Positions 18,736 through 29,045 of a DNA stretch of 64,000 nt are shown here, in pieces; within the stretch, counting starts at the first letter, position 1, and each line of letters begins with the position of its first letter. The stretch is from an uncultured Clostridia bacterium. GTDB taxonomy: Bacteria > Bacillota > Clostridia > TANB77 > CAG-508. The position numbers and the translations under genes were made by a program. The stretch lies in NCBI GenBank assembly GCA_934130025.1, contig CAKOXG010000001.1, positions 154 through 64,153 of the forward strand, written 5' to 3'. The notes under the pieces were generated by a model. That model did not search any database, had not been told where the DNA came from, and worked only from the letters and a program-made list of their open reading frames with translations.

Positions 18736-19500
18736 CTAATTAGGTTGAATAGAACCTGAAAAGGAATCGTAAGTATTACTTGGAGCTTTGTACTCCTTAT
18801 CCAAATTTTTATTTAAATATAAACTACTAATCAATTTTAATTCTTTTTTAGAATCTTCAGAAATATTAAATGAATATAACTTCTTGGCAGGAGCTGTCTT
18901 AATATATTTTAAAGCATTAAATGTGTCTTGGCTAATTTTTATAGCGGATTTATCAACTTTTCCGCATGAATTGCACACAAACCCACTATGAGCTAAACTA
19001 AAATAGCCAATATTATCCTTTTCACCACAGATAGTGCACTTTCCAAGTATTGGAGAATAACCTAGTAAAATCATCAAGCGCATCTCAAAAATAGAAAGTA
19101 TAAAATCCTTTTCAACTTCTGTTTCAGAAATCATATATAAAGTATTTAAAAGTAGTTGAAGAATTTTATATGTATATTGGTTTTCGTCTGTAACATCATA
19201 CACAATTCTTGATATAAATGAAGCATAAGTTAATTTATCTAAATCTGTTCTAATGTTGTAAAAAACTTCTATGGCTTCACATGAATTAATATTATAGGAA
19301 TTAGCTCCGCTAAATATTACTAAATCACTAAAACTTAAAAATTGGGTGCCAGCCAAGAGAGGACTTTTGGGTTTTCTTGCTCCTTTGGCAGCACAACCAA
19401 TTTTTCCTAAATCGGGAGTTAAAATAGAAACCATTTTATCAAAATCTCCCATATTACTTTCTAAAAGTACAATTCCCTTCGTCTTTATTATTCCCATCAA
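18736..19500 (-). CDS. recO: DNA repair protein RecO
   Basis: 254 aa with the RecO C-terminal zinc finger CxxC..CxxC (CTICGEKDN..CNSCGK). Position downstream of era-yqzL. Confidence 0.8.
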   Translation of the reverse strand: MMGIIKTKGIVLLESNMGDFDKMVSILTPDLGKIGCAAKGARKPKSPLLAGTQFLSFSDLVIFSGANSYNINSCEAIEVFYNIRTDLDKLTYASFISRIVYDVTDENQYTYKILQLLLNTLYMISETEVEKDFILSIFEMRLMILLGYSPILGKCTICGEKDNIGYFSLAHSGFVCNSCGKVDKSAIKISQDTFNALKYIKTAPAKKLYSFNISEDSKKELKLISSLYLNKNLDKEYKAPSNTYDSFSGSIQPN

Positions 19501-19630
19501 TATCCCTCATAATGTGCTGCACAGAAGGTGAACTCATATCCTCTTGCAACTTTGTAATTTTTAAATATTCCATAAATGTATCTATATTTCCTGTATTTTT
19601 AAAAGTATTCCAAGCTATTTTTTCTAGCAT
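19454..19630 (-). CDS. yqzL: YqzL-family small protein (58 aa; hand-translated, below the ORF-track cutoff)
   Basis: Reads MLEKIAWNTFKNTGNIDTFMEYLKITKLQEDMSSPSVQHIMRDIDGNNKDEGNCTFRK. Lies between era and recO and overlaps the recO start, as yqzL does in Bacillus. Confidence 0.5.
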   Translation of the reverse strand: MLEKIAWNTFKNTGNIDTFMEYLKITKLQEDMSSPSVQHIMRDIDGNNKDEGNCTFRK

Positions 19631-19692
19631 AAAATCATCTCCTATATGTTCCTTATTAAAATTATCATTTGTAAATTTTTAAAAAATATACA

Positions 19693-20604
19693 TTATTCTG
19701 ATTTGAATTTTTTAATCAAGGAAGCATCATTTAGCCAATCTTCCTTAACCTTAACCCATAATTTTAGGTTAACTTTTACTCCAAACATTTTCTCAAGATC
19801 TTCTCTTGAATATGTTCCAATTCTTTTCAGCATCTGACCATTTTTCCCAATAATAATTCCTTTATGAGAATTACGGAGGCAGTAAATTGTTGCATCAATG
19901 TCATAAATATCTTCTTTATCTTTTGTTTTTCTAAATTTCATTTTGTCTACTTCAACATAAATTCCATGGGGGACTTCATCATCTAAAAGCTTTAAAGACT
20001 TTTCGCGAATAGTTTCTTCTGCAAGTTGCCTTAAAGTCTGGTCTGTATATTCCTCAGTATCATAATATGCGGGACCTTCTTTTAAGTTCTTCTTTATTTC
20101 ATTTAAAAGAACATCTAGATTTTTATTTTTTACAACAGAAATTGGAACAACAGAAACAAAATCATATTCACTAGAATACAGATTTATAACAAAGGCAAGC
20201 TGTTCTTTATTTACTAAGTCTATTTTATTTATAACAAGAATACATTTTTTTCTAGATTCGATAATCTTATCTAAAATAATTCTGTCGCCTTTACCAATCT
20301 CTTTTGATGAAGCATCAACAACAAATAAAACTATATCAACATCGCTAAATGTTCCAAAAGCAGTTTCAATCATAACATTACCTAACTTTGTTTTGGGTTT
20401 ATGTATTCCAGGTGTATCAACAAAAATAATTTGAGAGTTAGGGGTGTTCACAATTGCCTTTATTTTGGTTCTAGTTGTTTGCGATTTATTTGCAACTGCT
20501 GCAACTTTTTCTCCAACCATAGAATTTATAATACTTGATTTACCAACATTGGTTCTGCCAAGCATAGAAACAAAGCCAGATTTAAAATTTTTTGTATTTT
20601 CCAT
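19693..20604 (-). CDS. era: GTPase Era
   Basis: G1 motif GRTNVGKSS, G2 TTR, plus a C-terminal KH domain. Start chosen at MENTKNFKSGFV (GGAG RBS 8 nt upstream) rather than the upstream ATG at 20658. Confidence 0.9.
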   Translation of the reverse strand: MENTKNFKSGFVSMLGRTNVGKSSIINSMVGEKVAAVANKSQTTRTKIKAIVNTPNSQIIFVDTPGIHKPKTKLGNVMIETAFGTFSDVDIVLFVVDASSKEIGKGDRIILDKIIESRKKCILVINKIDLVNKEQLAFVINLYSSEYDFVSVVPISVVKNKNLDVLLNEIKKNLKEGPAYYDTEEYTDQTLRQLAEETIREKSLKLLDDEVPHGIYVEVDKMKFRKTKDKEDIYDIDATIYCLRNSHKGIIIGKNGQMLKRIGTYSREDLEKMFGVKVNLKLWVKVKEDWLNDASLIKKFKSE

Positions 20605-20717
20605 AAATATAATCTCCATTAAAAATAATTCAAAGCAATTATATAATATTTTTTGCAAAGTGTCAAAAATTATGATATACTAATGACTAGATTTTTTATT
20701 ATAGGAAGGGAAAATTT

Positions 20718-21275
20718 ATGTATTTAATAGTTGGTCTTGGTAACCCAGAGCCAGAGTATAGCAAAACAAGGCACAATATGGGTTTTGATGTAATAAATAG
20801 ATTATCAGAAAAGTTTGATATAAATGTAAATAAAGAAAAATTCAATGCACTTGTAGGAACAGGAGTAATTGAAGGAGAAAAAGTAATTTTAGCTAAGCCA
20901 CAAACATATATGAACTCTAGTGGAGAAGCAGTTAAGCCATTAGCAAACTTCTATAAAATCAATCCTGAAAATATAATATTAATATATGACGATATAGATA
21001 TTGAAACAGGAAGCATGAAAATAAGAAAAAAGGGTGGAGCTGGAACACATAATGGAATGAAATCAGTAGTAGCAGAACTTGGAACGACATTATTCCCAAG
21101 GGTAAGAGTTGGAACTGGAAAAAATGAAAAAATACCAAACCTAATAGATTATGTAATAAAGAAAGTTGATGATGTTGAATATAAAAAGTTAGAAGAGGGA
21201 GTAGTAAAAGGAGCAGAAGCAATCAACGAAATATTAAAATTAGGAATAGATAAAGCAATGAACAATCTAAATTAA
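20718..21275 (+). CDS. pth: peptidyl-tRNA hydrolase
   Basis: MYLIVGLGNPEPEYSKTRHNMGF is the canonical Pth N-terminus. 185 aa. Confidence 0.9.
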   Translation: MYLIVGLGNPEPEYSKTRHNMGFDVINRLSEKFDINVNKEKFNALVGTGVIEGEKVILAKPQTYMNSSGEAVKPLANFYKINPENIILIYDDIDIETGSMKIRKKGGAGTHNGMKSVVAELGTTLFPRVRVGTGKNEKIPNLIDYVIKKVDDVEYKKLEEGVVKGAEAINEILKLGIDKAMNNLN

Positions 21276-21323
21276 CAGAAAGGAATTAGTCAATTTGCTA
21301 TAAGGTTGATTATATAAGAGTAA

Positions 21324-22526
21324 ATGAAAGAAATTATTATAAATACGAACAACGAAAATACAGAAAACATTATGCTTATTGAAGATGGTGAATTAACGGA
21401 ATATTATAATGAAGAAGATGAGGAAAATGTTTTGGAGGGCAACATATACTGCGGAATTGTAAAAAACATACTACCAGGAATGCAGTCAGCTTTTGTAGAT
21501 ATTGGAAAAGACAGAAATGCGTTTCTTCATATAAAAGACATTCTTCCAAAGATGAACAATGAAACAGGAAATAAAGAAATAGACTTTTCTGGCTATAAAG
21601 TTGAGGACTATGTAAAAACCGGAATGCCAATATTAGTACAGGTAAAAAAGGATGAGGAAGATAAAAAGGGAGCCAGAATTTCTACTAATATAAGCTTAAC
21701 AGGAAGATTTTGCGTGCTTATGGTAAAGTCAAATTTTATTACGGTGTCGAAAAAAATCGAGGATGAAAATGAAAGAGGAAGACTCAAAAACATTGCGGAA
21801 GATTTCCTTAATGAGAATTCAGAAAAAGAACGATATGGAGTAATTATAAGAACTGCTGCAAAAGGAAAAAAAGATAATGAAATAATAGAAGATATAAATA
21901 AATTAGTATATCTGTGGAAAATGATTGAGGAAAACTTCGAAGAATCAAAAAAGGATAGATGCCCTCAGCTGATTTGCCAAAATTATGATATAACTTCAAA
22001 ATTCCTAACAGGAGTGATTGATTCTGGAATAGAAAGAATAGTTGTAAATAATCAAAATGTGTATGAAAAAATTGGAGATTATTTAAAAACAATAAAAAAA
22101 GATCAAATTGAACTAAAAATTGAAAATGGAAATTTAATCAAGACGCATGGGTTAGAGAAACAAGTAGAAAAAATGGAAAAAAGAAAGGTTTGGTTAAAAT
22201 GTGGAGGTTTTATTACAATTGATAAAACAGAAGCATTAACTGCAATAGATGTAAATTCTGGAAAGTTTACAGGTAAGAGAGGATCGAACAAAGGAGACAC
22301 AATACTAAAGGTAAATGAAGAAGCAACAGTTGAAATTGCAAAGCAATTAAGGTTAAGAAATATAAGTGGAATAATTGTTGTCGATTATATAGATATGGAA
22401 AATGATGATGACAGAAATATTATTCTTCAGCTACTTGAAAAACAAATGAAGAAAGATAGAAGTAAAAATCAAATAATAGGTTTTACAAAACTTGATTTAT
22501 TAGAACTCACAAGAAAGAAAATGTAA
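21324..22526 (+). CDS. rng: ribonuclease G/E-family endoribonuclease (short form)
   Basis: S1 domain plus the RNase E/G catalytic core (GNIYCGIVKNILPGMQSAFVDIGKDRNAFLH). 400 aa. No continuation in the other frames. Confidence 0.75.
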   Translation: MKEIIINTNNENTENIMLIEDGELTEYYNEEDEENVLEGNIYCGIVKNILPGMQSAFVDIGKDRNAFLHIKDILPKMNNETGNKEIDFSGYKVEDYVKTGMPILVQVKKDEEDKKGARISTNISLTGRFCVLMVKSNFITVSKKIEDENERGRLKNIAEDFLNENSEKERYGVIIRTAAKGKKDNEIIEDINKLVYLWKMIEENFEESKKDRCPQLICQNYDITSKFLTGVIDSGIERIVVNNQNVYEKIGDYLKTIKKDQIELKIENGNLIKTHGLEKQVEKMEKRKVWLKCGGFITIDKTEALTAIDVNSGKFTGKRGSNKGDTILKVNEEATVEIAKQLRLRNISGIIVVDYIDMENDDDRNIILQLLEKQMKKDRSKNQIIGFTKLDLLELTRKKM

Positions 22527-22580
22527 AAGAATATAGACAGGATTATAAAAAAATAGTAAAATAATGAATGAAAAAGTTTT

Positions 22581-24368
22581 ATGGAAGGAAATGATAAAAT
22601 GGCAAATGAATATAGAACAAATAACTGTGGAGAACTAAACATATCAAATGTTGGAAACACGGTTAAACTTGCAGGATGGGTACAAAGAATTAGAAATCTA
22701 GGTGGCATGACTTTTATAGATTTAAGAGATCAATATGGAATAACACAAATAGTTGTATCTGATGAAGAAATAAAAAAACAAATAGAAAATTTGTATACTG
22801 AGTGTGTTATATCTGTGGATGGAATTGTTGTAGAACGTTTAAATAAAAATAGTAAAATTGCAACAGGAGAAATAGAAATTGACGCAAAAAAAATAACTAT
22901 ATTAGGAACTTGTGAGCCTACTCTTCCATTTGAAATAAATTCGGAAAAGGTGGATATAAGCCAGGTAAGAGAAGATTTAAGATTGGAATATAGATTCTTA
23001 GACTTACGTAACGAAAAAATACATAACAGTATATTATTGCGTTCAAAAGTAATGAAAACAATAAGAGAAAAAATGGACGAAATGGGATTTGCAGAAATAC
23101 AAACTCCAATACTTGCAAATTCATCTCCAGAAGGAGCAAGAGATTTCCTAGTTCCTAGTAGATTACATCCAGGAGAGTTTTATGCACTTCCTCAAGCACC
23201 TCAGCAATTTAAACAATTATTGATGATTTCTGGATTTGATAAATATTATCAAATTGCTCCATGCTTTAGGGATGAAGACCCAAGAGCTGATAGGGCTCCA
23301 GGAGAATTTTACCAAGTAGATTTTGAGATGAGTTTTGCAACTCAAGATGATGTACTTCACACGATGGAAGAATTAATCACCACTGTATTTAAAAAACATA
23401 CAAATTGGAAAGTAGATGATGCCCCATTTATTCGTATACCATATAGAGAAGCCATGGAAAAATACGGAATAGATAAGCCAGATTTAAGAAATCCTTTAAT
23501 TATACAAGATGCTACAGAAATATTTAAAGAAAGTGAATTTAATGCGTTTAAGGACAAGACAATAAAGGCAATTGTTGTTCCAAATGGAGCAACTCAAGGA
23601 AGAAAATTCTTCGATAGTATGACAGAATTTGCAGTTGAAGAACAAGGAGCAAAGGGTTTGGCTTGGACAAAGATTGATGAAAACAACATGCCACAAGGCG
23701 GAATTGCTAAATTCATAACAGAAGATATTTTAAAGGAGCTAGAAGAAAAGCTCGGAGCAAAAACTGGAGATAGCATATTCTTTATTGCAGATAAACTACA
23801 AGCTGCACAAAAAATCGCTGGACAAGTAAGAATTGAACTTGGAAAGAGACTTGATTTGATAGAAAAAAATACATATAAGTTCTGCTTTATAGTAGATTTC
23901 CCAATGTATGAATATAATGAAGATGAAGGAAAAATAGACTTTAACCATAATCCTTTCTCAATGCCACAAGGAGGAATGGAAGCATTAGAAAATAGCAATC
24001 CATTGGATATACTGGCATATCAATTTGATTTAGTTGGAAACGGATATGAAATGGCTTCTGGAGCAGTTAGAAATCATGATCCAAAATTAATGGTCAAGGC
24101 ATTCGAAATAGCTGGATACACAGAAAAAAATGTTGAAGAAAAATTTGGTGCATTGTATAAAGCTTTTAAATATGGAACACCACCACATGCAGGAGCTGCA
24201 CCAGGGTTGGATAGAATGATAATGCTAATTGCAGATACTCAAAATATAAGAGAAGTAATTGCTTTCCCTAAAAACAAAAAAGCAAGAGATGCTATGATGA
24301 ATGCTCCAAGTAGAGTGGAAGAAAAGCAATTAAAAGATGTTCATATAAAAATAGAAGGAGAAGAATAA
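22581..24368 (+). CDS. aspS: aspartate--tRNA ligase
   Basis: Class II aaRS motifs (FRDEDPRADR, GLDR) and an anticodon-binding OB fold. The start is probably MANEYRTN at 22599. Confidence 0.95.
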   Translation: MEGNDKMANEYRTNNCGELNISNVGNTVKLAGWVQRIRNLGGMTFIDLRDQYGITQIVVSDEEIKKQIENLYTECVISVDGIVVERLNKNSKIATGEIEIDAKKITILGTCEPTLPFEINSEKVDISQVREDLRLEYRFLDLRNEKIHNSILLRSKVMKTIREKMDEMGFAEIQTPILANSSPEGARDFLVPSRLHPGEFYALPQAPQQFKQLLMISGFDKYYQIAPCFRDEDPRADRAPGEFYQVDFEMSFATQDDVLHTMEELITTVFKKHTNWKVDDAPFIRIPYREAMEKYGIDKPDLRNPLIIQDATEIFKESEFNAFKDKTIKAIVVPNGATQGRKFFDSMTEFAVEEQGAKGLAWTKIDENNMPQGGIAKFITEDILKELEEKLGAKTGDSIFFIADKLQAAQKIAGQVRIELGKRLDLIEKNTYKFCFIVDFPMYEYNEDEGKIDFNHNPFSMPQGGMEALENSNPLDILAYQFDLVGNGYEMASGAVRNHDPKLMVKAFEIAGYTEKNVEEKFGALYKAFKYGTPPHAGAAPGLDRMIMLIADTQNIREVIAFPKNKKARDAMMNAPSRVEEKQLKDVHIKIEGEE

Positions 24369-25747
24369 TGTTCAAATTTTATATAGCCTTTTATGTAGCA
24401 AAATTTATAATGTTTTGCATTAAATTACTAAAATCATTAAAAATAATTAAAGCTAATGCTTCTTTTTTTCCTGGAAAAGTTGCAATAAAAATAGATAAAG
24501 ATTTCTTAAAGAAAATCGCAAAACCAGACAAAATAATTGCAGTAACAGGAACAAATGGTAAAACTACCGTGTGTAATTTGCTAATTGGAATTCTTGAATC
24601 AAGTGGTAAAAAGGTGCTGGATAACAGATTAGGAGCCAACATAGATGCTGGTGTTGCATCAGCATTTATAGCTGGAACAACCATTTTTAACAAAACGAAA
24701 TATGATGTTGGAATATTGGAAGTAGACGAAAGAAGTTCTATAAAAGTTTATTCATATATTACACCTACATATTTAGTATGTACAAACTTATTTAGAGACT
24801 CTATAAGAAGAAATGCACACCCAGAATTTATTTTGAGCATAATAAATAAAGCATTACCTAAAGAAACAAAACTTGTATTGAATGCTGATGACTTGATAAG
24901 CAGTTCGCTTGGAAGTGAAAATGAAAGAGTTTATTTTGCAATTGATAAGCTTGATACTGATAGAACAGAGTCAATTAATATAATAAACGACATGAGAGTT
25001 TGCCCAAAATGTAATACAAAATTGGAATACAATTATGTAAGGTATCATCATATTGGAAATGCGTATTGTCCAAAATGTGGATTTAAATCTCCAAAAGCTG
25101 ATTATAAAGCAGTAAATGTAGATTTTGAAAACAGAAAATTAACAATTAAGCATAAGGAAATAGAAAGTAATTATAAATTAATTTCTAATAGTATATTTAA
25201 TATATATAACGAGGTTGCTGTTATAGCTGTATTAACAGAGATAGGCTTAACATATGAACAAATACAAAGTGCGCTTGAGAAAGAGAAAATTGTAGAAAGT
25301 AGATATTCAGAAGAAAGTATAAATGGAATAAAAATAGTTAACCATTTAGCAAAAGGGCAAAACCCAATTGCATGTTCTTGTGTATTTGATTACATAAGGC
25401 ATGAAAAAGGTAATAAAGAACTTGTTTTATTATTGTATGACAAATTTGATGCAAAAAGTTCATCTGAAAGTATGCCATGGCTATATGATTGTGATTTTGA
25501 ATTCTTGAATGATGACAGTATACAAAAAATAATTATTGGAGGGCCAAGGGCAGAAGATTTTTATTTAAGACTACTAATTGCAGGAGTTCCAAAAGAAAAG
25601 TTAATATTTGTGGATAATGCAGAAAAAACATCAGAATATGTATCACTAGCAGAAGATATATATATATTGTATGATGTATATGATGAAGATATAGCTATGA
25701 ATGTAAAGAAAAATATAAAAGAGAGAATCGTTGGAGGTGGTAAGTAA
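24368..25747 (+). CDS. murT: Mur-ligase-family protein MurT (lipid II isoglutaminyl synthase subunit)
   Basis: Mur ligase P-loop GTNGKTT, MurT-specific Cys4 ribbon (CPKCNT..CPKCGF) and a C-terminal DUF1727-like region. Confidence 0.7.
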   Translation: MFKFYIAFYVAKFIMFCIKLLKSLKIIKANASFFPGKVAIKIDKDFLKKIAKPDKIIAVTGTNGKTTVCNLLIGILESSGKKVLDNRLGANIDAGVASAFIAGTTIFNKTKYDVGILEVDERSSIKVYSYITPTYLVCTNLFRDSIRRNAHPEFILSIINKALPKETKLVLNADDLISSSLGSENERVYFAIDKLDTDRTESINIINDMRVCPKCNTKLEYNYVRYHHIGNAYCPKCGFKSPKADYKAVNVDFENRKLTIKHKEIESNYKLISNSIFNIYNEVAVIAVLTEIGLTYEQIQSALEKEKIVESRYSEESINGIKIVNHLAKGQNPIACSCVFDYIRHEKGNKELVLLLYDKFDAKSSSESMPWLYDCDFEFLNDDSIQKIIIGGPRAEDFYLRLLIAGVPKEKLIFVDNAEKTSEYVSLAEDIYILYDVYDEDIAMNVKKNIKERIVGGGK

Positions 25748-26478
25748 TGCTCAAAATAGAAGTTTTATATCCAGAGGTTTGTAACTTATTTGGCAATATG
25801 TATAATATAAAATATTTGCAACAATCTGTAAAAGATATAGAAATTATAAATACATCGCTAACGGATGAGCCAAAGTTTATAAGTGAAAATATAAATATGG
25901 TTTACATGGCTCCAATGACGGAAAAAACGCAAGAATTAGTAATAAAAAAACTAAAGCCATATACAGAAAAAATAAAAGAATTAATTGAAGATAATAAAGT
26001 ATTTTTGGTGATAGGAAATGCACTAGAAGTATTTGGAAAGTATATTGAAAATGAAGATGGAAGCAAAATTGAAGCATTAGGTATTACCGATTTGTATGCA
26101 AAGAGAGATATGATGCACAGATATAATTCTTTATACTTAGGAGAATTGGATGCAGGAAAAGATGAGAAAACAAAAATTGTTGGCTTTATGTCACAGTTTG
26201 CTATGTCTTATGGGGATAATTCTAAAAATTATATGTTTAAAACAATTAGGGGACCAGGAATAAATGAGGAATCAAAATTCGAAGGAATAAGAATAAATAA
26301 CTTTATGGGAACATATTTGTTGGGACCACTACTTGTTATGAATCCGTTATTTACAAGGTATTTATTAAAGCTACTAGGGGTAAAAGAATATAGCCTAGCA
26401 TTCGAGAAAGAAGCAATGGAATGCTATGAAGCAAGAGTAAAAGAGTTCGAAAATCCCAATGTGGCTTATGATGAATAA
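25747..26478 (+). CDS. gatD: GatD-like (CobB/CobQ-type) glutamine amidotransferase partner of MurT, apparently lacking catalytic Cys/His
   Basis: Collinear by eye with S. aureus GatD. The positions of Cys94 (ICGGYQFLG) and His189 (YLHGP) read VIGNALEVFG and YLLGP here. Confidence 0.6.
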   Translation: MLKIEVLYPEVCNLFGNMYNIKYLQQSVKDIEIINTSLTDEPKFISENINMVYMAPMTEKTQELVIKKLKPYTEKIKELIEDNKVFLVIGNALEVFGKYIENEDGSKIEALGITDLYAKRDMMHRYNSLYLGELDAGKDEKTKIVGFMSQFAMSYGDNSKNYMFKTIRGPGINEESKFEGIRINNFMGTYLLGPLLVMNPLFTRYLLKLLGVKEYSLAFEKEAMECYEARVKEFENPNVAYDE

Positions 26479-26527
26479 ATGGTTTATAGGCTTAACCATA
26501 AAAACCTAAATAAATTTTAAAGGAATT

Positions 26528-27784
26528 TTGTATATGGGAGAAAAACAAATTTTTGAAAAATATGAGTCAGAGGTAAGATCATATTGTAGAGTATTTACAG
26601 AGGTATTAGATTATGCGAAAGGTTCAATAATAAAGGATACATCAGGAAAGGAGTATATAGACTTTTTCTGCGGAGCTGGGGCAGTAAATTATGGCCATAA
26701 TAATGATTACATAAAAGAAAAATTAATTAAATATTTGCAAGATGATAGAATAATGCACGCATTGGATATGTATACCAAGGCAAAAGCTGATTTTATAGAA
26801 TATTTTGAAAATGAGGTATTAAAACCAAGAAACTTAGATTATAAAATTCAATTTCCTGGACCAACAGGAACAAATGCTATAGAAGCGGCACTTAAACTTG
26901 CCAGAAAAGTAAAAAAGAGAAGCAATATTTGGTGTTTAATGGGATGCTTCCATGGAATGACAATTGGGTCTCTTGCATTAACATCTGACAAAGAGAGCAG
27001 AGAAGGTGCTGGAATTGCCTTAGAAAATGCAACACACATACCTGCACCATACATGTTTAAAGGCTTGGATACTATTGAATATATGCAAACTCTATTAGAT
27101 GATGATCATTCAGGAGTAGAAAAGCCGGCAGCATTAATATTAGAAACTGTTCAGGCTGAAGGTGGAATTTGGGTTTTTGAAAAAGAATGGTTACAAAAAG
27201 TAAGAGAATTTTGTACTAAAAATGATATTTTATTAATAGTTGATGATATACAAGTTGGATGTGCAAGAACAGGAACATTTTTCTCTTTTGAAAGAGCAAA
27301 TATAATTCCAGATATAGTAGTGCTTTCAAAATCAATTGGTGGATATGGAATGCCATTTGCATTAACACTATTTAAACCAGAGCTTGATGTATGGGCTCCA
27401 GGTGAACACAATGGAACATTTAGAGGAAATCAGATTGCAATAGTTGCTGCAAAAGCTGGATTAGAATTTATGAATGAACACCACATAGAAAAAGAAGTTC
27501 AAAGAAAAGCCGTTATAGTAAAGGAATTCTTAGAGAAGAATATAAAACCATTGAACAAAAACTTTGAAATAAGAGGAATAGGGCTAATATGGGGAATAGA
27601 AACCCATGATGGAAAAATTGCAAAAAAAATATCAACGGAATGTTTTAAAAATGGGTTAATAGTTGAACGTGCAGGAAGAGACAATTCGGTTGTAAAGCTT
27701 ATGCCAGCATTAACTATAGAAGATGATGTATTGGAAAAAGGATTAGAAATATTAAAACAAACAATAGAAAAAATAGATAAATAA
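26528..27784 (+). CDS. class III PLP aminotransferase, diaminobutyrate--2-oxoglutarate transaminase (EctB/Dat)-like
   Basis: N-terminal ESEVRSYCRVF resembles ESNVRSYSRSF of DABA transaminases. A PLP lysine region (VLSKSIGG) is present. 418 aa. Confidence 0.65.
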   Translation: MYMGEKQIFEKYESEVRSYCRVFTEVLDYAKGSIIKDTSGKEYIDFFCGAGAVNYGHNNDYIKEKLIKYLQDDRIMHALDMYTKAKADFIEYFENEVLKPRNLDYKIQFPGPTGTNAIEAALKLARKVKKRSNIWCLMGCFHGMTIGSLALTSDKESREGAGIALENATHIPAPYMFKGLDTIEYMQTLLDDDHSGVEKPAALILETVQAEGGIWVFEKEWLQKVREFCTKNDILLIVDDIQVGCARTGTFFSFERANIIPDIVVLSKSIGGYGMPFALTLFKPELDVWAPGEHNGTFRGNQIAIVAAKAGLEFMNEHHIEKEVQRKAVIVKEFLEKNIKPLNKNFEIRGIGLIWGIETHDGKIAKKISTECFKNGLIVERAGRDNSVVKLMPALTIEDDVLEKGLEILKQTIEKIDK

Positions 27785-27963
27785 ATATAATTTAGAAAAT
27801 GTGAAATAATACACAAAAAAGTGTGAGATTGTTTCACATTTTTGCTTGAACAAATAACTAAGAACTATTGAAAAAAAGCTTATAATATGATATAAATATA
27901 ACATGGGAGAAAGAGAGAAACATCTGCGGAAAAAGCAGATGGGAGGGATGAAAAAAGATAGTA

Positions 27964-28992
27964 ATGAAGAATATAAAAGACTATGATTTAGAAGATCTGA
28001 AACAGGAACTAATTTCAATAGGAGAAAAAGCATTTAGAGGAGAACAAATCTTTAAATGGTTATATGTAGAAAAAGTAAAAAGCTTTGATGACATGACAAA
28101 TTTGTCACTAGAATTGAGAGAAAAATTAAAAGAAAATTACACAATATGTAATTATAACATTATAAAAAAACTTGAATCTAAAGATGGCACTAAAAAATAT
28201 CTATTTGATGTATTGGACGGAAATGCAATAGAATCTGTGTTAATGGAATATCACTTTGGAAAAACAATATGCGTTTCTTCACAGGTTGGATGTAAAATGG
28301 GATGTAAATTTTGTGCATCAACAGGAATTACATTTGGCAGAAATTTAACTGCAGGAGAAATTGTAGAGCAAATACTAGCAGTTGAACAAGATACTGGAGA
28401 GAAAATATCAAATGTAGTATTTATGGGAATAGGTGAGCCTTTAGATAATTATGACAATGTAATAAAGGCAATAAGAATAATGAACAATCCTAAGGGATTA
28501 GCAATTGGAGCAAGGCACATAAGTGTATCTACTAGTGGATTAGTTCCAAGAATATATGATTTGGCAAAAGAGAAAATACAATGTACTTTATCAATTTCGC
28601 TTCATGCAAGCAATGATGAAAAACGTTCTAGTATGATGCCTGTAAATAATAGATACAATATAGAAGAATTGATGAAAGCCTGTAGAGATTATATATCAAT
28701 TACAAACAAGAGAATTTCATTTGAATATGCCTTAGCAAAAGACAATAATGATAATTTAGATGATGCAAAGGAATTGGTTAATTTATTAAAAGGAATGTTG
28801 TGCCATGTAAATTTAATACCAATTAATAAGATTGAAAATGGCAAATTCTCTAAGAGTTCGAATGAAAATATAATAAAATTTAGAGACTACCTAAATGACA
28901 ATGGAATAGTTGCAACCATTAGAAGAGAATTAGGCTCTGATATTGATGCAGCATGTGGACAATTAAGAAGACAAAATTTAAAAGAGGAATAA
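27964..28992 (+). CDS. rlmN: 23S rRNA (adenine2503-C2)-methyltransferase RlmN (radical SAM)
   Basis: Radical SAM cluster CKMGCKFCAS and overall RlmN/Cfr collinearity. Position upstream of stp-prkC. Confidence 0.9.
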   Translation: MKNIKDYDLEDLKQELISIGEKAFRGEQIFKWLYVEKVKSFDDMTNLSLELREKLKENYTICNYNIIKKLESKDGTKKYLFDVLDGNAIESVLMEYHFGKTICVSSQVGCKMGCKFCASTGITFGRNLTAGEIVEQILAVEQDTGEKISNVVFMGIGEPLDNYDNVIKAIRIMNNPKGLAIGARHISVSTSGLVPRIYDLAKEKIQCTLSISLHASNDEKRSSMMPVNNRYNIEELMKACRDYISITNKRISFEYALAKDNNDNLDDAKELVNLLKGMLCHVNLIPINKIENGKFSKSSNENIIKFRDYLNDNGIVATIRRELGSDIDAACGQLRRQNLKEE

Positions 28993-29045
28993 GCAAATAA
29001 TTGCAAATACTTTTGCAAAACATGTTAAAAAGATTGGAGGAAAGT

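Noticed and set aside
21324-22526. RNase G looks C-terminally short (400 aa) and might be another frameshift
   Set aside because: I checked all three frames after the stop. None continues beyond a few codons and there is no CGG junction, so this is a natural short form.
27919-27941. 7-bp hairpin CATCTGC-ggaaaaa-GCAGATG just upstream of the rlmN RBS
   Set aside because: It could sequester nothing obvious, since the RBS GGGAGGG lies outside it. It is too short to call a regulatory element without conservation data.
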